NCBI GenBank assembly: GCA_964291285.2 | Contig: OZ219788.1 | Span: 352,001-416,000, forward strand | DNA from: Alphaproteobacteria bacterium | GTDB lineage: Bacteria > Pseudomonadota > Alphaproteobacteria > Bin95 | Direction of reading: 5' to 3' | DNA length: 64,000 nucleotides | Shown here: piece after piece, positions 61,644 through 64,000 of the stretch | Layout of the letters: every line of letters starts with the position of its first letter | Position numbering within the stretch: position 1 is the first letter of the stretch | Made by a program: the position numbers and the translations under genes | Notes under the pieces: generated by a model | What the model was told of the DNA's origin: nothing | Seen by the model: the letters and a program-made list of their open reading frames with translations, nothing else | Database searches by the model: none

Positions 61644-64000
61644 GTGACCATCGAGAATCCCTTCCAGGGCCAGTTGTTCGCCGACGGCTTCCTCTGCGAA
61701 GCGATTGCCGGATCGGAGGACTGGAAGGCGTTCGACGATACGGCGCTCGAAACCCTCCGGGCGGATCTCCGCGCGCTCTTCGACAGGTTCCCGGCGGACA
61801 GCGCGCCCAACGAGGCCCAGACCGAGACCGACCTGATCCGCCCGGTGCTGGAACGGCTCGGCTGGACGGCGAGCCTCTGGCAGCAAAGGCTTTCGCAACG
61901 CGGACGCAGCCATGTGCCGGACGGCCTGCTGTTTGCCGGCGAAGCGGCCAAGGACCGCGCCAACCGCCTGCCGGAGCAGGACCGCTACCGCCACGGCCTC
62001 GCCATCGTGGAGAGCAAGCGCTGGGGCCGCCCGCTGGACCGCCGATCGCCGGGCGACGGCGCGGAAGCTGCGCCCGCGACGCAGATGCTGGGCTATCTCG
62101 GCCGCGCGGACGTTATGACGGAAGGCGGGCTGCGCTGGGGCATTCTCACCGACGGCGCGGTCTGGCGGCTCTACTGGTGGGGCGCGCGTTCGGTCGCGGA
62201 GCAGTTCTTCGAAGTCGATCTGGCCGACGTGCTCGACCTTCCTGGCCGCAACGAGGGCCTGTTCGCGCTCGACGAAGAGGCGCGGCGGCACTGGCTGCGG
62301 GTCTTCGCGCTCATCTTCCGGCCCGAAGCCTTCCTGCCGGGCGAACCCGACGGGCGCAGCTTCCATCTGCGCGCGGTAGAGGAAGGCCGGCTCTACGAGG
62401 CGAAGGTCGCGAAGGACCTGTCGGGGCTGGTGTTCGGCGAGGCCTTTCCCAGGCTGGCGAATGCCATCGCCGGGGCCGCACCGGATGCGCCTCTGGACGA
62501 AGTGCGCGAGGCCGCACTGGTGCTGCTCTACCGGCTCATGTTCGTGCTCTATGCGGAGGACCGCGGCCTGCTGCCCGTGCGCGATCCAGGCTATGACGAC
62601 TATGCGCTGCGCGAGCGGGTGCGCCAGGATGTCGGCCGGCGCAAGGATGCGGGCGACGCCTTTTCGATCGTGGCGGCGAACTACTGGTCTGCCCTGGACG
62701 ACCTCTGCCGGATTATCGACGGCGGCGACGCCTCCATCGGCCTGCCCGCCTATGACGGAGGCCTGTTCGATGCCGAGCGCGCGCCGCTGCTGGCGCGGGT
62801 CCGGCTTCCCGATGCGGTCATGGCCGACATCGTCGATGCGCTCTCCTTCCGGCGCGGGCCGGACGGGCGGCGCTACATCAACTACCGCGAACTCGGCGTG
62901 CAGCAGCTCGGCTCGATCTACGAGCGGCTGGTGGAGCGCGAACTGGTGCGCGAGGAAGGCGAAATCCGCATTCGCCCCAACCCGTTCGTGCGCAAGGACT
63001 GGGGCAGCTACTACACGCCGGACGATCTTGTGGGCCTGGTCATAGACGAGGCAGTCGGGCCGCTGGTCGAGGCCCGCCGCAAGTCGTTCGGCGAAGCGGC
63101 GGCGAAGGGCGCGCCACCGGGGGAACTCGTCCACCTCGATCCGGCGGAGAAAATTCTCGAACTCAGGGTCTGCGACCCGGCGATGGGCTCCGGGCATTTC
63201 CTCGTCAATCTGGTTGACTGGCTCGCGGACCGCATCATCGAGGCGATGGCGGAGGCCGAGGAGCTCTCGGGCGGCTGCGCCTCGCCGCTCGCCGGGCGGA
63301 TCGAGGAGATTCGCGAAAGGATCCTCGCCAATGCCGGCGCGGAGGGCTGGACCGTCGATGCGGCGCGGCTCGACGACCGCCATATCGTGCGCCGCATGGT
63401 GCTCAAGCGCTGCATCTACGGCGTGGACAAGAATCCGATGGCGGTCGAACTCGCCAAGGTGTCGCTCTGGCTGCACACCTTCACCGTCGGCGCGCCGCTG
63501 TCCTTCCTCGACCACCATCTGCGCTGCGGCGACAGCCTGTTCGGCGCCTGGGTGCGGACCGGGATGGACCGGGCGGCCGAATACGATGCGCCGCTGCTGC
63601 TGCACGGGCCGATGCAGGCCGCCGTCGGCGCGGCGGAAGACATGCGCACCGTGGAGGCGCTTACCGACGCCGAGATCGCGGAAGTGCGCCAGTCCGCCGA
63701 GACCTTCGCCCTGGTGGAGGAAAGTACCGGTCCGCTCGACGCGTTCCTGTCCCTCGTGCATGCCCTCGACTGGCTGGCCGTTCGCAGCAAGGAGGACAAG
63801 GCGGCGCTCCGGGCCTTCTTCGACGGGCAATTCGGCGATCCGGTCGAGGTTGCGCTTGGCGAAACCGACGCCTCGAACGGCAGGCCGGAGGCGCAGCGTT
63901 TCGCCGAATTGCTGGCGCAGGCGCGGACGCTCATCGGCGAGGAACGCTTCTTCAACTGGCAGGCGGCCTTTCCCGGCGTCTGGACAAACCTCGAGAGCGT
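61644..64000 (+). CDS. Type IIG-like (Eco57I-class) restriction-modification enzyme / N6-adenine methyltransferase (runs off the right edge)
   Basis: GTG start MTIENPFQG; NEAQTE, PD..IVESK nuclease, WGILTDG.VWRLY, LGSIYE, YYTP, CDPAMGSGHFL, IYGVDKNPMAVELAK. Confidence 0.9.
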   Translation, partial: MTIENPFQGQLFADGFLCEAIAGSEDWKAFDDTALETLRADLRALFDRFPADSAPNEAQTETDLIRPVLERLGWTASLWQQRLSQRGRSHVPDGLLFAGEAAKDRANRLPEQDRYRHGLAIVESKRWGRPLDRRSPGDGAEAAPATQMLGYLGRADVMTEGGLRWGILTDGAVWRLYWWGARSVAEQFFEVDLADVLDLPGRNEGLFALDEEARRHWLRVFALIFRPEAFLPGEPDGRSFHLRAVEEGRLYEAKVAKDLSGLVFGEAFPRLANAIAGAAPDAPLDEVREAALVLLYRLMFVLYAEDRGLLPVRDPGYDDYALRERVRQDVGRRKDAGDAFSIVAANYWSALDDLCRIIDGGDASIGLPAYDGGLFDAERAPLLARVRLPDAVMADIVDALSFRRGPDGRRYINYRELGVQQLGSIYERLVERELVREEGEIRIRPNPFVRKDWGSYYTPDDLVGLVIDEAVGPLVEARRKSFGEAAAKGAPPGELVHLDPAEKILELRVCDPAMGSGHFLVNLVDWLADRIIEAMAEAEELSGGCASPLAGRIEEIRERILANAGAEGWTVDAARLDDRHIVRRMVLKRCIYGVDKNPMAVELAKVSLWLHTFTVGAPLSFLDHHLRCGDSLFGAWVRTGMDRAAEYDAPLLLHGPMQAAVGAAEDMRTVEALTDAEIAEVRQSAETFALVEESTGPLDAFLSLVHALDWLAVRSKEDKAALRAFFDGQFGDPVEVALGETDASNGRPEAQRFAELLAQARTLIGEERFFNWQAAFPGVWTNLES

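Overview
High-GC bacterial chromosomal window, probably alphaproteobacterial (inferred from gene content). A mostly housekeeping core (~8.2-47.9 kb) lies between two mobile/defence-rich flanks. Left flank (1-7.8 kb): IS21 istA, a 1227-aa SIR2-domain (DSR-like) defence protein, a decayed IS30, an orphan IS21-type end and a Phd antitoxin whose PIN toxin is cut off. Core: two-component system with DegP-like protease, meaB/methylmalonyl-CoA mutase/epimerase, ddpX, transporters, znuABC-zur, fhs, a ferredoxin/reductase/Rieske oxygenase/glutamine-synthetase-like operon, an IS701-like element with a passenger gene, lolA-ftsK and several toxin-antitoxin pairs. The most unusual structure is a pair of inverted ~2-2.3 kb porin cassettes (18727-20705 + and 45648-47981 -). 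They share a near-identical ~640-bp leader and terminator but carry unrelated Cys-paired loop inserts. Each leader has a divergent promoter, a structured 5' region, a 38-aa ORF and TGTCATG repeats with 10-bp periodicity, and the two copies differ by a ~120-bp insert between duplicated repeats. Right flank (48.1-64 kb): truncated IS3; a 5.75-kb IS21 transposon carrying a Zn-ribbon ORF and a Toprim/primase-like gene split by IS1380; an ICE/plasmid leading-region-like block (ssb with a lost stop codon, a five-repeat C4 zinc-finger protein); a cassette bounded by 213-bp direct repeats (RelE/HigA TA, DUF5131, TcmP, Mrr-like fragment); and a Type IIG-like restriction-modification gene. All family calls are by motif recognition only; no database searches were run.
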